Shown here in pieces: positions 39,250 to 54,050 of a stretch of 64,000 nt of DNA. The position numbers were made by a program, and so were the translations under genes. This DNA comes from Octopus vulgaris (Eukaryota): positions 68,634,001 through 68,698,000 of the forward strand of contig OX597823.1 of NCBI GenBank assembly GCA_951406725.2, read 5' to 3'. A model generated the notes under the pieces. It saw only the letters and a list, made by a program, of their open reading frames with translations. It was not told where the DNA came from and made no database searches. Position 1 is the first letter of the stretch; each line of letters starts with the position of its first letter.

Positions 39250-40853
39250 TAAATGATGGAGAAAAGGTAGAAGACGATGGTTACAAAGTCACCAGTATTT
39301 ATATCAGCATCAAATTTATGAATTGGTGAAGCATGTATATTGACATAAGGTACTAGTTTTCTTCAAATGTCATTCTTCACTCAAGAATCAGTAAAATAAG
39401 TTCTGGTAATATAGTTGTGTCCATTTAACTGAATAAACACTTAAAAAAAAAATGAGATGCTTTTATGGCTAATTGGTTTTTGCAAAAGATAATATTAAAT
39501 CTTAGGTTAATAGCTTTTCATTTTGATTCTGTTTTTATGGATTGGACAATTTACAAATGTTCAAATGTAAACATTTGCATGTATTCATGAAGTTGTTGTT
39601 TAGATGAGTTTCCCTGATAACATAGACCCTTGATCAAAAGGATTTCAGTTTGTTGTTTTGTATAGCAGGGACTATATTATCCAATGTATTTTCCCTGTCT
39701 TTAAGATGAGATGATGTGATTTTGGGGGAATTTAGCTGTCATTTTTAGCAGATTGAGCAACTGAATAAAAGCTCCCGCCTTTACAACACCAGATGTTACT
39801 CCTAGCACTCAGAGACCCCACTTCAGTCAAAAATGACCATGGGATGATTGCACCTAGAAAGTTACCCTCCAAGTCACAAGTCCAGGCAAGGTAGTTTATG
39901 GAAGACCAGCAGATGCCCATGCATACCAGCCTTCCCTCTTCATGCCACCGATGTTATCCAAGGGAAAGGCAAAGGCCGATACAGCTTGGCACCTGTAACA
40001 TCATGACTCATTTCTACAGCTGAGTGAACTGGAGCAACGTGAAATAAAGTGTCTTGCTCAAGAACACAACACAGCCCGGTTCGGGATTCAAACTCACAAC
40101 CTCATGGTCATAAGTTCAACGCTCTAACCACAGAACCATGTGCCTTCACACTCCTAGCATTATATATGTATATCAAGGAAGATACGTATTTTAGAGCAAA
40201 CATTTTCTAAATCCCGTCCTTCCAGCAAAACTTTGTAAAATAAGATTCCTTGCTCTAAGATATATTTATGGCACACTTTGTACTTCTGAACCTAAATTGA
40301 AAAATGCCATGATTCTAGTAAACTGCAACCTTAAAACCTTAAACAATGTATTTCTATAAAATCAAAAAGTTAGACAAAAGTTTAGAAACACAAATAATAA
40401 AATTTAAAGTATATTTATATGTTGTTTTTTTTTTTGTTAAGTATTTTATTTTTGCTTTGCAAGTGCCTTCATGCAGGTTCACATAAAAAGCACTCATACT
40501 GGTCCACGTAAGAAGCTCTCATGCTGCTACCATGTAAAAAGCACCCAGCACACTCTGTAAAGTGGTTGGCATTAGGAAGGGCATCCAGTAGTAGAAACCA
40601 AGCAAAATCAGACTGGAACCTAGCAGAGCTCTCCAGCTTGCTAGCATAGAAGACAGATGTTAAATATTTTGTATCAGAAATACAGTCCTCATAATATCAG
40701 TTTGGCATCAGTTTCAAAATGAAATATATAATTTAATATAATTAATGCAAAACTGTTGCAACATGGTAGCATGTTGAATATGTAAATAAAAGAGAAAGAT
40801 AAAAGTGGTAAATAAAAGACCAGATAAATATATTGGTTTATTACTTGGTTTAT

Positions 40854-40885
<32 letters not shown>

Positions 40886-43270
40886 TCATAGCTGTACATA
40901 AGTATTCTTTTAAAGTACTTGAAATAGAAGGAACACAAGTAACTTAAAGATAGCATTTTTGAATGAATGATGCCAAGATTTAGGTGAAGCATATTCTGTA
41001 TATAGAAGACAAACAGAATGAGAAGTATAGGCACACAAAAAGAGAGACAAAGAGAAATGGAAAGACAGGTGAAGAGAAAGAGAGATTTTTATAAACAATA
41101 AATCGCCTGTAAAGTTGAAAAAAAAACCCCAATAAAATCATGATTACGATCATAATTTTACAAATCTTACTAGTTTCCACAAATTTAATCTGGCAAATAA
41201 TTAAGGTAAATGAAATAATTTCTTTTTACATTCAAATCATGTAATATGTTGTGCTCATTATTAAACCTAAATTAGTTAGTCCTGAAACCCTTTTAAAATA
41301 AGTAATTGGCTTTGAGGCATTTTTGTATTGATCATTATTGATTAATGTTACACTGTGGAGACTAATATTCTGGTTGCAGACAAGACTAATTTATTTTGGA
41401 CATTTGAGCAGATTATAGTTTTCAGCAATCTTAGTTTGGATTGAGTTCATAGGCATTAATTTTGCTGAAATATTATGCCGTATTTTGTTTTGTTGAAATA
41501 AAAAGATTCTATGAAATAAACAAAACAAAAGAATGAAGTTCGCAACAAATAAAGGGCACTGAACTTAAGTTTTACCATACTTAAATTTTCATCCTTTAGA
41601 ATAGACTAGCTTTTCATCTTGCCTTTCTTCATATTAGAGTTGATTCAATAGTAAAAAAAAAAAAAAGAAAAAAGCTCGAGCCTATTAAGAAGAGATAATA
41701 GCCAATATAAGATTAGAGATAAGGCAGCAAGCTGGCGGAATTGTTAGCATGCTGGGTAAAATGCTTAGTGGCATTTCATCCATCTTCACATTCTGAGTTC
41801 AAATTCTGTCAAAGTCAACTTCGCCTTTCACCCTTTTGAGGTTGATGAATTAAGTACCAGTTGAACACTGGCGTCAATGTAATCAACATATCCCTACCCT
41901 GAAATTGCTGGCCTTGTGCCAAAATTTGAAATCATTCGAGACAGCAGAAATAATAGAATCTGGAATGAATGCCTTACAATGTATAATCACATCGCTTTGT
42001 ATCAGCCAAATGGATCTAGTTTTAACTTCATTAATTTTTCCTGATCTCTAATCATCTTATCACCACTCTGGCAAGGTTAGCACATTTTTCATCAAGCATA
42101 TGTTAGACATCTTTACTGTATTGCCAGGCCTGCTACATGTGCCATCTGAATTGGTAGAGAGGGTAGAGTTAAAACAAAAATCTTAAAAAAGAATAATTAC
42201 TGGTGGTTTGTCAGATAGCACAAATATAAACTCTAACACTACAAAATATCTATCCATCCTTTTAATGCAGTTGTGATTACTACATGACTTCCTTTTCATT
42301 GTCAGGCAGTATAAACTAAATTTATACTAACAGTACCATAATTCACTCTGAAAACAACTCATTCAATATAAAAACAGGCTCCCGAATAAACACAGTGTAT
42401 ATATGATATCTTATTAATATATCTTTTCCTACCTAATTGCCTAGACTGCATATTTCTAGTGATCTGACAATAAAGTTGCCCTCTAAATATCTATTTTTAA
42501 CTTCACTGTCTCTGTTTTATATTTGATATTGGTTAAAATATATAAAACATGAATTATTTATTTCATAAATAGCCAAACATTTCAAAAGTAAAATTTTTTT
42601 TGGGACATTTTATTTTACTTCTTTAGATAATATCTATTTATTTTTTAGATAACATTTGCTTACTTTTTGCAGCTGTATTTTCAAGAATTCATAAAATCAT
42701 TTTTTAAAATGCTCATCTTGGAAGTTTTTTGAAAAGAAAGCTAAAATTGATTAAAAAAATTTTTATATGGCAAATGTTTCACACTATAATGTTTCTATTT
42801 GATCTTAAATTTTAATAATTTCTTCCTTATTGCATACTTTTACTCCATTTAATATATTCAAATTATTGATAAAGCCAAGACATGTCATGAGAGGAAAGGA
42901 TATTAAGCAAGTATGAATCAATCTATATTTTATTAAAGTTGTTAGTTAACAAATAAAAGAAAATGTAAAATATAAACTTACACACCCATGCACGCAATTA
43001 TTTGCTTACTTGTATAAACTTATTAGTGACAAACCATTTACAATTCAAACCTTTGATTCATCATCCTGACATTTCCAATAAAATCTTTACTTAATTTAAT
43101 ATTTCAACTTGCCACTAACAGGTTTTGAATAATATTTCACTCTAAAAGAAATGTAAACTTAAGTCGACAGGGATACCAATTTTATTCAGAAAACATATCA
43201 TACATTTCTAATTTCTGTGTTCCTTAAACTGGGGATGGCCAAATGGTCAAAGATTTTTTTATCATGAGCC
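39250..43270 (+). pseudogene. Decayed TLR/LRR-like remnant
   Basis: ILVNCNLKTLNNVF (~40312), HNFTNLTSFHKFNLANN* (41151-41204), LWRLIFWLQT (~41353), and LNWGWPNGQRFF (~43224, TIR-end-like). Confidence 0.4.
39795..40150 (-). mobile_element. tRNA-derived SINE
   Basis: Minus-strand head gaaggcacatggttctgtggttagagcgttgaac..gagtttgaatcccg; body cttgagcaagacactttatttcacgttgctccag. Confidence 0.8.
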
Positions 43271-44039
43271 TCATAAATCACTATCTAATATATAATTTTC
43301 CTCTCCTACCATTATGACAATGGTATGCCAACATTGCCTTTTATCTGTTTGGGATCAGTAAAGTAAATAACAGTTTAACAGCAAATAACAGTTGAGCATT
43401 GGGGTGGGGTCAATGTAATTGACTTATCCTTCCCCGCAAAATTTCTGGTTTTGTGCCAAAATTAGAAAGAATTATTACTACGGCATTTGTTCTTGCAAAC
43501 TAACAAACTGTGTAGTCCATCATACAAACTTACGTGAATTACTTTGTGAACATCACCTCCAGCCTTTGTATGAAAACTCTTACCCAACTCCATTCTTTGC
43601 AGAACTATAACCCATTGGAACATTTTTCCTATCCACATCTCTTCAGATATTAACCTACAACTGCAATAGCTTCACTATCTGGAAGGTTCTGCAAATGCTC
43701 TGAGACAATATATTTCTCGATCAGACTTCACTCCTTTGTTTGACATCCATTTTCCTATGCTTGCATGGGTTGGAAGCTCTTCCTGTCACCAACCTCTAAC
43801 TGTTTTACAATCAAGGGACTTTTATTCATAAGATCTTTGAAGCTGCTGAGCAATTGGTTTTGCTCATGCAGGGAAAAAACATAGAAAGTCAACATTCATT
43901 CATTTTCACAGACATTTACACACATGTAATGGGTTTCTTGCAGTTTCCATCAAACAAACGCACTCACAAGGTATTGATTAACTTTACTAGAAAACTACAT
44001 GATTACAAAGCAAAACTTCTTAACCATGTGGCCATGCCT

Positions 44040-47000
44040 GAGCCTAAATAAATCATAACAAATTGAATTTTGAAGTTACAGGTATTACCTGTTGTACATT
44101 TAGTTCCCTTCCAGCCGAGAGCTTCTGAACAAAATTTATTAATGGTTATTATGTATCATAAATAATGTGATTAGAATTAATGACTCAACAGTTGAATGTT
44201 TGGACATTGTGGAAACATAAAGCATTGAAAATGTATATTTGACAAATGTTTATTAGATTTCTTGCAACTTAGTAATTAATTTCATGACAGCTATTACATA
44301 TTTTAGGAGTTCATTTATCATGGAATTTTGATAAGTTGACTTTAAGAGAGGTTCAAATTACAATGTCTTTATTATTTCCACCAAAAATATAATTTTGTAC
44401 TCTCAGAAATACTGCTAGAAAATTCAAGAATTTGTTTTATTGTTGGTGTTTTTGAATATTGTTGTCAACTGATTTTTCCAATAAAATTTAGAAAATATTA
44501 CATGGAAAAAATGTGAGCAAGAGAAATAATATTCTTATGATTATAAACCTGGAAAATTACAGGACTAGTTATTACACTTGGAAAAATTCAGGACAATTTA
44601 TTACATCTGGTAAAGTACAGAATAAGAAAAGTTTAACTTAAAATATTGCAGCTAAGGATAAAATTTCAAATTAAATATTTAAATTTTAAAAATATTAGCT
44701 TTTATTAAATCTAAAAAATTTATTACTTCTATTTGTTATTACTTGTTATTTCTATTAAAAAGAAAAAATAACTCAAAATATTTTTTGCATTTAAAAAATT
44801 CATTTTTCTAATTATTAATTAATTATTAGAAATCTGAAAATAGGTCATAAAAAATAGTAGTAGTACATAATTAGTTAGTACAATGAATAGAATAATATAA
44901 AGAAATTAGTTATATATTATAGTAAATTCTACCTATAACAACAAATTCACAGTAAAATTTGCTTGAGTTATTGCCTAAGTTATTGCCAAGTCTTCCCATT
45001 TTTAGTCTTGACCCAATGCCTATTTTTTACATAATGAATTTGCCTACTATATATGCTGTTCTACTTTGCATTAAACTTTACTTCTAGCTCTCATTTTTAA
45101 GTATTCTAGTGTCTCAATATTTACTGAAATGATGGTACCTTTTTTAATTATAATGTTACTTTGTAAATTAAAATCAAATAAGATTTAATATTCAAATTTT
45201 ATCCTTAGCTGCAATATTTCAAGTAAAAGTGTTTTTGTTCTGTACTTTACAAGATATAATGCGTTGTCCTGAACTTTTCCAAGTGTAATAACTTGTCCTG
45301 TAATTTTTCAGGTTTATAATCTTAAGAATATTATTTCTCTTGCTTGCATTTTTCAATGTAATCTATCATTCTTCTAGGTTATGCTATTGTGCTAATTAAT
45401 AGTGTGTCAAATGTGTCAATTAGCGGTGCCATTGATAATTTTGTCCTTACCTCAGTGGTACCACTGGTACCATATATTAAAAGTCTGGTGACATATATTA
45501 AAAGTTTCCTTATAGAACTATATTCATAAAAAGTATATAACTATATTATCATCCTCAAATTTGAGAAGCAAACACTCATAACTTTTTACTTTTAAAACTT
45601 CATTGCATGAGATTAATACCATGAATTCCTTGAATTGAGCTCTATCATTTAATCTTCATTAGAATATACTTTGTTTTTAAAATAAAAAAGTTAATTATAC
45701 TTAAATCCAATTTTTTGCCTTATATTTTCTTCATATTTTACCTCACAACTTTTTTATACAAATTTTTGTTGCAAGGGACTAAATCTATGTAATTCTTCTT
45801 GCTTTCATCTATCATCAAAGCTAAGATAAAAATATTTTGTTTTTAAAATAAAAAAGGTATTTAGATCTAAACTTGATTAATGGTGTTACTAACTTTCCTA
45901 TAATGTTGCTACAAATTTTGATATAAAATTTTTTTACTGGATCAAATCTCAATTTTTTTTTATGCCAAAATGTAGCTAGAGGCCAGTCCTCTTCAAAAAT
46001 GTTAACAGTTTTCCATTTGATTAAGAACTGAATTAGAGACAAGCTCTGAAAGATGCTGCTTGTGAGTAAATTGCGGCCTTAAGAATATTATTCAACTTTT
46101 ACCGTAGTTGAATGATATGGAATTCTGAAATTTAGACCCTACTTCTCATTGACTTACATGTTATGTAACATGAAAGAAAATGTGGAAATTGGCTTCATCT
46201 AATAGCAAAATTTTCAGGAATGTAATGCTTGTACTTCATGAGTTAAAACTTTAAGTGTTGTAAGTAATGGACTAGGGGATTTGGCTTGGCTTGCTTCGTG
46301 CTCTTGCTTGATGGGACTGAAGTCATTCCAAGTTAGTGGTTCAGAGGTGACATCATGCATATAGCTGACCAGATCCACTAGCACTCTCTATTGCTGGCAG
46401 TCCTGTGCCAGCCCATCTGCATCCTGATGACTAGTGGAAAATATGAAAAACTTAATGTAATGTAAAAGGGGATCAAGTGTCATATATTCAGCAACACATT
46501 TTTATATTCTGAATTTATCTTTGCCTTTCATCAGTCGAAAATTCTCTCAATTCCCATTGTATCTAGAAAGATCAACTAAAGTACTTGAAGCTGAACTACA
46601 TTAATTTTGTCATTCTTTTGATTTGGGTAGTGTTGAAGGTACAGTTGTAGGGACTCCTTTGAAAATGATGTTCTGTGTTATACACATGTCACTTCTTTTT
46701 CACTTTATGCCAAGAAGTAAACAATCTTAACTATGGAATGAAATCAAAGACATAATATATCTATAGTAGTCTGCCACTGTTTGACTCTGTAGATAAAGCT
46801 TTAACAAATCTTAATTGCATTCTTATTTTCATATCAGTGAAAAGTTCTTATGGTTAGACTTGAACCCATAATCCCAGTGAATTAAGTATAATAACCGCTT
46901 TACTGAGCTGTAGATCCTAAAAAGGCATATCAGTAATAGAGGCACAGACACGGTTAAAAAAATTGCTACAGAAAATATTTGTGGTTAAATTTATGTTATA

Positions 47001-47050
47001 TAAAATTGGTGATGTTGTTTATGTCAATTAACGTAGCAGTTCAACAAATA
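44040..47050 (+). pseudogene. Decayed LRR/TLR-like remnant with foldback insertion
   Basis: 44180-44250 is similar at nucleotide level to 48540-48610. LSSSNLRSK..LHEINTMNSL (~45546-45632), YLDLN (~45858), MLTVFHLIKN*IRD (45999-46040). Confidence 0.4.
44497..45362. mobile_element. Foldback element with ~185-bp inverted arms
   Basis: attacatggaaaaaatg..gcaagagaaataatattctta..atattgcagctaaggataaaattt is mirrored at ~45180-45362. The arms carry ~30-bp subrepeats (ggaaaattacaggac/ggaaaaattcaggac). Confidence 0.8.
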
Positions 47051-47231
47051 CCTGTTAATAAAATAAGAATTTAAATTTAAAATGAGTCCCAGAATCAATA
47101 TGCTTAATTAAACCTTTGAAGGTGGTGCCTCAGGATAGCTGCAATCCAAAAGACTAAATGAGTAAAGAATATATATGCCTTAATTGAAAATATTTATTTA
47201 TCTGGTAATCAAATATTTATTTATCTGGTAA

Positions 47232-47716
47232 TCAAAATCAAATCAAACCAAATCAAATCAGATATCAGAAAGCAGAACCAAAATCGAAGTCGATCAACAT
47301 CAATGGAAATTGCGACTGTGATACCAGTGCCGGTGACAAGTAAGCGAACCATCCGATCGTGGCCGTTGCCAGCGCCGCCCCGACTGACCTCCGTGCCGGT
47401 GACACGTAAAAAGCACCATCCTTTCGTGGCCGTTGCCAGCCTCGCCTGGCCCCTGCGCCAGTGGCATGTAAAAAGCACCATCCATTCGTGGCCGTTGCCA
47501 GCTCCGTCTGGCTCCTGTGTGGGTGGCACGTAAAAAGCACCCACTACACTCGCGGAGTGGTTGGCGTTAGGAAGGGCATCCAGCCGTAGAAACACTGCCA
47601 GATCAGACTGGGCCTGATGCAGCCTTCTGGTTTCACAGACCCCAGTTGAACCGTCCAACCCATACTAGCATGGAAAACGGACGCTAAATGATGATGATGG
47701 GGATGATGATGATGAT
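47232..47716 (+). mobile_element. Retroposon/SINE with internal ~60-bp minisatellite and (GAT)n tail (family E)
   Basis: 3-4 units of gtgccggtgacacgtaaaaagcaccatcc.ttcgtggccgttgccagc, then ggttggcgttaggaagggcatccagc..gcatggaaaacggacg-(gat)n. Tail-sharing copies at ~40460-40660, ~53570-53745, 58731-58922, ~63310-63455 and 1962-2001. Confidence 0.85.
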
Positions 47717-48329
47717 CTGCCAATTGTCTTACAAATAATATTTCTTGGACATTGTTCCATAGTAGTATCAGTCAACTGTCTTACGAATAATGTAAATTTT
47801 ATGTCTTTAGTTTTATTCCATAGCTAGTTACATACATAGATGGGAAGCTTTAGCTTAGCAGGAAATTAATTATACAAAAGTGCATATGCTAAGTGACTAA
47901 CAAATAAAAAAAAAATTAGTTCAATAAAAAATTATTCTCTTTGCTGTCCCCACATTGCAACCACCATTACCTTCATTAAACAATAGCCCTGATGAAGGCA
48001 CCACCACCTTGGCACATACGACAGTTCTCTGTATAAGTGCAGCTGATTATGTCTGCAAATAATATTCCCTTTCTCCTATATCCCCTCCAGTAAACATCCT
48101 TTCCTTTCTTCTCCTCTACTAACTTTTAACTGCGTAAAATAACAACATTCCTCTTCTCCACTCTCTTGCTGATACCTCACCCCTGCTACAAAAACTCTTC
48201 TCTGTCTATCTCTTTACATCTTCCTTCTATTAACCATTCAAACACTTTCTCCTACCTGTCACTACTATTACATTTCCTTTCACTAAACTCTTTTCTCTCC
48301 CACTCCTAATCTAACCATTTAACTGCATA

Positions 48330-51300
48330 AGCAGAATATTTGAAATGTGAAGAAATTATTACAGGTTTTCAACTGTTATGAGGTTAATAACAAAATTTTG
48401 AGAATGCAGTGGAATATTAACAGTTAAAAAGCAGTGAATAAAGTGACAAGCAATTTTGGATATTTAGCATACATTAAGCTGAGAGATTTTGAATAAAATT
48501 TTGTAATGGTTGCTGTGTATCATGAATAACACTATGGATTGATAGCTCCACAGTTGAATATCTGGACACTGTGGAAAATTAAATCATTAGGAAAATGCAT
48601 TCCACATATGCCTATTTGATTTACCAACACTTAGATATAAAAATGGTTTGGTAAATAATTTGATTAAAACAATTACGCATGTGATTTATCAAGGATTATC
48701 TATGATTTTGCTTACATAAAAGAGGCATCAAATTAGAATATGCTTTGGCTGCTTCCCTCAGAAAAATTACCAAAGACTTTTAGGTGTTGTTTGTTGATTA
48801 GGATTTTAGAAATTGAGCCTTCCAAAGATTTTCATGGATTTCTGGTTAAATATTTATTCAGTTATTTTTCAACATTGTTAGATATTTATACCTAGTCCAC
48901 ACAGGGCCTATTTTAAACTGTTGTTCAATGTACACAGAACACACACACACACACACACACTAATGCCTAGGTTTATTTAATTTTGATATACCTTTCATCT
49001 TTTACATGTTTCCGTCTTTGGACTTCAGCCATGCCAGGAACCATCTAGATGAATTTAGTCAAAAAAATTGATCCCTCTACTTATTTTTAAATCTGGTACC
49101 TATTCTATTGTTTTTTTCTTTGTTTTTGCTGTAAACAAATTGACACCAGTTATCAAGCAGTAGTAGGGCATTCACACACATGCATACACACACACATGCA
49201 CACACACACACACATACACACACACACATACTCACGACACATGTATACGACAGGTTTCTTTCAATTTCCCTCTAAGAAATTCACTCTCAAGGCTTTGTTT
49301 TGGCCTAGGGTTATAATGGAACATACTTGTCCGAGGTGCTGTGCAGTGGGACTGAAGTCAAGACCACATGGTTGGGAAGTAAGCTTCTTCCTGTACAGCC
49401 ATAATTTAATTTTTTTTTTGTTGTTATTAAATTCTGTATAAAGTTATCAAAATATTTTAGCTGTAGACTTTTTCAGTTATTATTTCAATAATCACTACTC
49501 TTACCAAGGCACCTATGAGACTTATATAGTTCTGTTTTGTTCTGAATTCTGTGTGGTTAAGCATGAATAGAGTATATTAATCTATCAATTTATTTTGTCA
49601 GAAATTTGCTAAGTAAGCTGGAACAAATAAAATTACATTTTTTCATTGATACTGCAAAATATCTGAAGTGGAATTATAAGGCTGATACTTCACCTACTTG
49701 ATTATTTTAGCCTGTTAGAATATATTACACTTTTGAAATAAAGGTGAATATAACACTGTAATTGATATACATGTAAATTTAATAGATTGGATTTCTATTT
49801 GAAAATTTTATGAAGATAACACAATAACAACAATGATGTTGATATAAAACTGCAGCACATCAGGATTATTTTAGGGTGATTAGCTAAGAAACTATCTTTC
49901 AAATCCTAAATAAATAAAGACTATATACATTGTGAAGAGAGATAGAAAAAAGAATAAAGACAGACTTAACAAATATGCTGAGAAATTGAAAAGAATGGGG
50001 AAAGGGAGAAATACTTGAAAATAAGATAATAGCTGCAGCTAGTGTAGAGGTAACAATTTATTAAACATTTCCAGTGAATAGATCAGTTTCGCATCAACCA
50101 ATTTAAAACAAAACATAGGGCAGAATATTGTAAAATTCTTTCTTGCTGGCTAAATAGAAATTGACTGCAATAGAAAGTAAAGAGCATGAAAAATGTTGTT
50201 TGAATTGCAAATGCTATTTTAGGATACTTCCATTAAGAGGATATTAAAAACAAATAAGCATAAAAATGTACTTTATACACAGCTACATAGCAATTGAGGA
50301 ATCTAAAACAATGTCACTATGAGTTGTTTTTTGTTTTTGTTTTTTGTTTTTTTAACAGGGAACAGATTTGTTTAATTCCAATCAATATATGAATCACAAA
50401 TTCTTCCTCTGTATCTCATTTCACTACAACAGAAATGATTCCTATTAAAATAACTAAAATTAAATAACAGAATGATTTGAATGCACCAGAAAAAAAAAAC
50501 ATTTATCTATTTTTTATCATTAAAAACTCATTTGCTTTCTTAATATTTAAATTTTAAAATGTAGTATGGTTGGTTCAGAGGTTACATGAGAAATGTATTT
50601 TAAAAAATACTTAGCATATAAAGAAATAACTCATAAAAATGGTATCATATTTCTTTTAGAGCTAAAATACTAAAATTAAAAAAAAATTAATTGGGAAATG
50701 GAACTTTATGGAAGAGTTTTATGATGGCTTCATTATATAAATTATCATAGTACTAAGTGCCAAAGTGTAAAGGTAAATTCTAGGAAACTAAATACTGCTT
50801 TACTATTGTCATTTTTGTCGCCTTTATAAAAGAGATAAACACTTCAGATTGCATTCCTCACTTCAAGCCAAAGTAAACAGTCATAATGATACTCTTATAA
50901 TATTAAGTTATATAACCTATAGTCAGAATTGCTGTAACAATAATGGTGATTGCTGCTGCAAAGTAGATTTTCACTGCCATAATGATTGTTTTAATTCATA
51001 CAGAAGCAATGATGGTAGTCGTCAGTTATGATAATGATGATGCCTATTCTGATAAGAAAGATTTCAAAAAGATTCAAAATATAAGACTGAGGATTTTATT
51101 TTAGAGATGACCAATTTTGTGACAATGAATGCAGTGCAACATTTTTTTTTTTTAGATTATTATGGTATAATTTCGATAGCTATAAAGATTATTGTTGTAA
51201 TTCTATCAAAAATTGTGGAGTTTATTTAGATTTTATCAAATTACAGATGTAACTACTACAGACATTTTATGATAAATGTATAGCATAAAATTAGGTTCTT

Positions 51301-54050
51301 TGAAAACTTATACAATTTACAACCATAAAGAATTATGTTCAGGTATTTGTTTTATAAAGACTTGATTGTTTTTCACTTCAGAACAACAGCAATATGAGTT
51401 GGGTTGCAAATAATTATAAAATATAGACCTGTTTTAATGTACAATTTCACATTAACCAAAAGTTTTATGAGAAACATAAAATGGAATTTATTTTATTTCT
51501 TTATGATAGACATGTTTATTGCAACTATCCTACTATGACTGAAATAAACTTTTAGAAATAATCAGCAATTAAAACTTAAATAACAATGTTTTCTAAATTT
51601 TATTTTAATCTTCAGCTTTATGTTTATTGGGAAGGAGTGACTTTATATAATCTAGTAATTGTGCTATCATTTAGGATGGAAAATGACAAAAAAAGCATAA
51701 AAATTGAAATGATATTAAAAAATGCTTTGAAGTTACTTAATAAAGGTCAATGAAAACTAAACTAAAACAACCACACACTATTCCTGACAAAATAAAAAAT
51801 ATTTCTTTCTATCAGAAAATCATTGAAATTATTGTTTTTCATGTTAGCATTAGCTGGATGTCTTTGTCATACAGCATACTATCATTCTTTTTTATCGGGA
51901 TTCATCTTGCCTGTGAGGCTCATCAGGCAATTATCATAGACATTATTGTATGCAGCATGTTTATCTTCATATCAAAAAGAGATGGCTCAATTTCTTTCAC
52001 AGTTGAATTATATTTATATATTTGTGGATATAATGACATGGAAAGTTTACTTCACTGTGAAATTTATGTAACATATTTTGGACTTACTTGAACATAATGC
52101 AAAATTGGTTCTAAAAATACATCTATAAATTGAGTTTATAAAGTTTATAAAGCATAAAGTTTTTGCGTAAGAATGTACATAATGGGAGAATTACCATAAG
52201 ATTTTCATACTTTTAATTATTTTCTCTGTTGAAAACTATGAACATGAATTCCTCAGAAAACTAACACTTAGTATCTTCCATTTAATTGTTACCTCTGTAT
52301 TAGATGTAGAACATGCAATGTCTATTATCCTTTTATTTCTTCTACCATATTCTCAACAATAATCTGAATTCAACTGACATTCACAGAATCAGTCAAAAGC
52401 TGGATTAAGGGCATCTAGAATGATTTTGGCATTATTAACATTGCAAGCAAAAGTATATTTCAGTCAAAATGACTATGGTGTAATCTGGATTCAACACATG
52501 GATAAAAATATATATGCATATAGATTGAAGGCTGGTCACAAGATATTGAGCCTCAGAGGGGAGATGACAACAGACTAAGCTTATTGGAAATTTAATTGTG
52601 TTCAACAGGACCTAATCATCATGTCAAAAAGGCTGTCCTAAAAGCATTAAGTTTATGTCTATCTTTCCACTGGGCTCAGTCTCTCTCCTTCAAACTTTCC
52701 CCTTCTTTCTTCTTTCTAACAATAGCACTATTCATATTGTAATTATATGGCAGCAGAATCTGCATGTTTCCTCCCCTTGTGCTACTGGTTACTTGCCCAC
52801 TTCCTGGGATTGTTTTCTTTAACATACATCCCTCATTCTCAATATAATCCCTTCCCACATTATTTTCCACTTCTCACTCCTGTCTGTACCTCTAGTTATC
52901 TCTCCCTCTTCTCTGATTTTCATCTCAGGGCTACCAAACCTCATCTCTAACACTTTCTCATCTACTGTCACTCTCAACACGCTCTTACATCTATTTTCGA
53001 TACCCCCACCATTGTCCTCTCCTCATTATAGACATCATTAAGTACCTTTGATGTTCATCTCTGTCCCTATACATCTCTCTCTCTCTCTCCTTATTTTCTG
53101 ATCTATTTGCAGGTTTCCCCAATTTTCCGATCTATGCACAGTCTTATACTGCTGCTTTTCACACATTTCTTGTATTGCCACTAATCACTTCCTCTTTCCT
53201 GAGCCTTTTACCTTCTCCCCCATACTGATATTTAACATTGACAACACATTCACCCTTGTTCATCATTTACTACATTAAAACCTCTGCTCTATCCATAAAC
53301 ACTTGTCACTGTTCTTTCACATGCCTATGAACTTATCCACATACACCTGACTATTCTTTGTCCATATTCTCACTTATATTATGCTCTGACATTATGCTCT
53401 GACCCCTTCTCACCAATAACTTTATCTTCTTTCCAGCTACTCCTCTCCACTCCTATATAATGACAGGTAACCAAAATCCCTGGACTTGTCCCCATATCTT
53501 CCCTTAGCATCTCAATACCTAGCAAAAAGCTACCTCTCCCTAGACTACCTGCAACCTTTACTTGTGCAGTATCAAGTAAATAGCATCCAATACACTCTGT
53601 GAAGCAATTCGTATTAAGAAGGACATCCAACCATAAAAACCATACCAAAGCGGAGACTGGAGCTCAATACAGTCCCCCAGCTAATTGGATCATGTCAAAC
53701 TGTCCATCTGTTGCCAGCATGGAAGATCAGTGTTAAATGATAATGAGAGCTTATTCTAAAAAACTTCAGTGAAGGAAAATATGCTAAAATTATTTATTTC
53801 CTCATCCATACAATATAGATTAGTTAACAAAGAAATTTTTTCTACTATCCTACAATGTTCCATGTACCATTCGTGTATATTCTAAGAATTCAGATACAAT
53901 TTTTCCATCTTGAAATAGACACATTACATCCAAATATTTATGTTGTCATTGGACATAAGAGTATGTGGATGTGGGTATTCTTTCAAAGTCTTGTTCAACA
54001 ATTTAAAGCAAACAATGAGATAAAGGATAAATTTCAAGAAACGAACACAG
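48330..54050 (+). pseudogene. Decayed TLR-like remnant
   Basis: FDLPTLRYKNGLVNNLIKTITHVIYQGLS (48615-48701), IVKFFLAG*..KLTAIESK (~50127-50181), LRR-CT-like FRDDQFCDNECSATF and KDYCCNSIKNCG (~51100-51218). ORF 51750..52091 has TM-like AIIIDIIVCSMFIFI and CEIYVTY (cf. YDVFVSY). ORF 53855..54088 resembles a TIR C-terminus. Confidence 0.5.

Noticed and set aside
46418-46460. CTGATGA..GAAA motif
   Set aside because: Stems II and III do not pair convincingly; at most a decayed relic.
47221-47658. Overlapping ORFs and a CRISPR-like repeat periodicity
   Set aside because: Eukaryotic minisatellite within a retroposon; no unique spacers and no cas genes.
47985-48030. CTGATGAAGG hammerhead-like start
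   Set aside because: No GAAA downstream.
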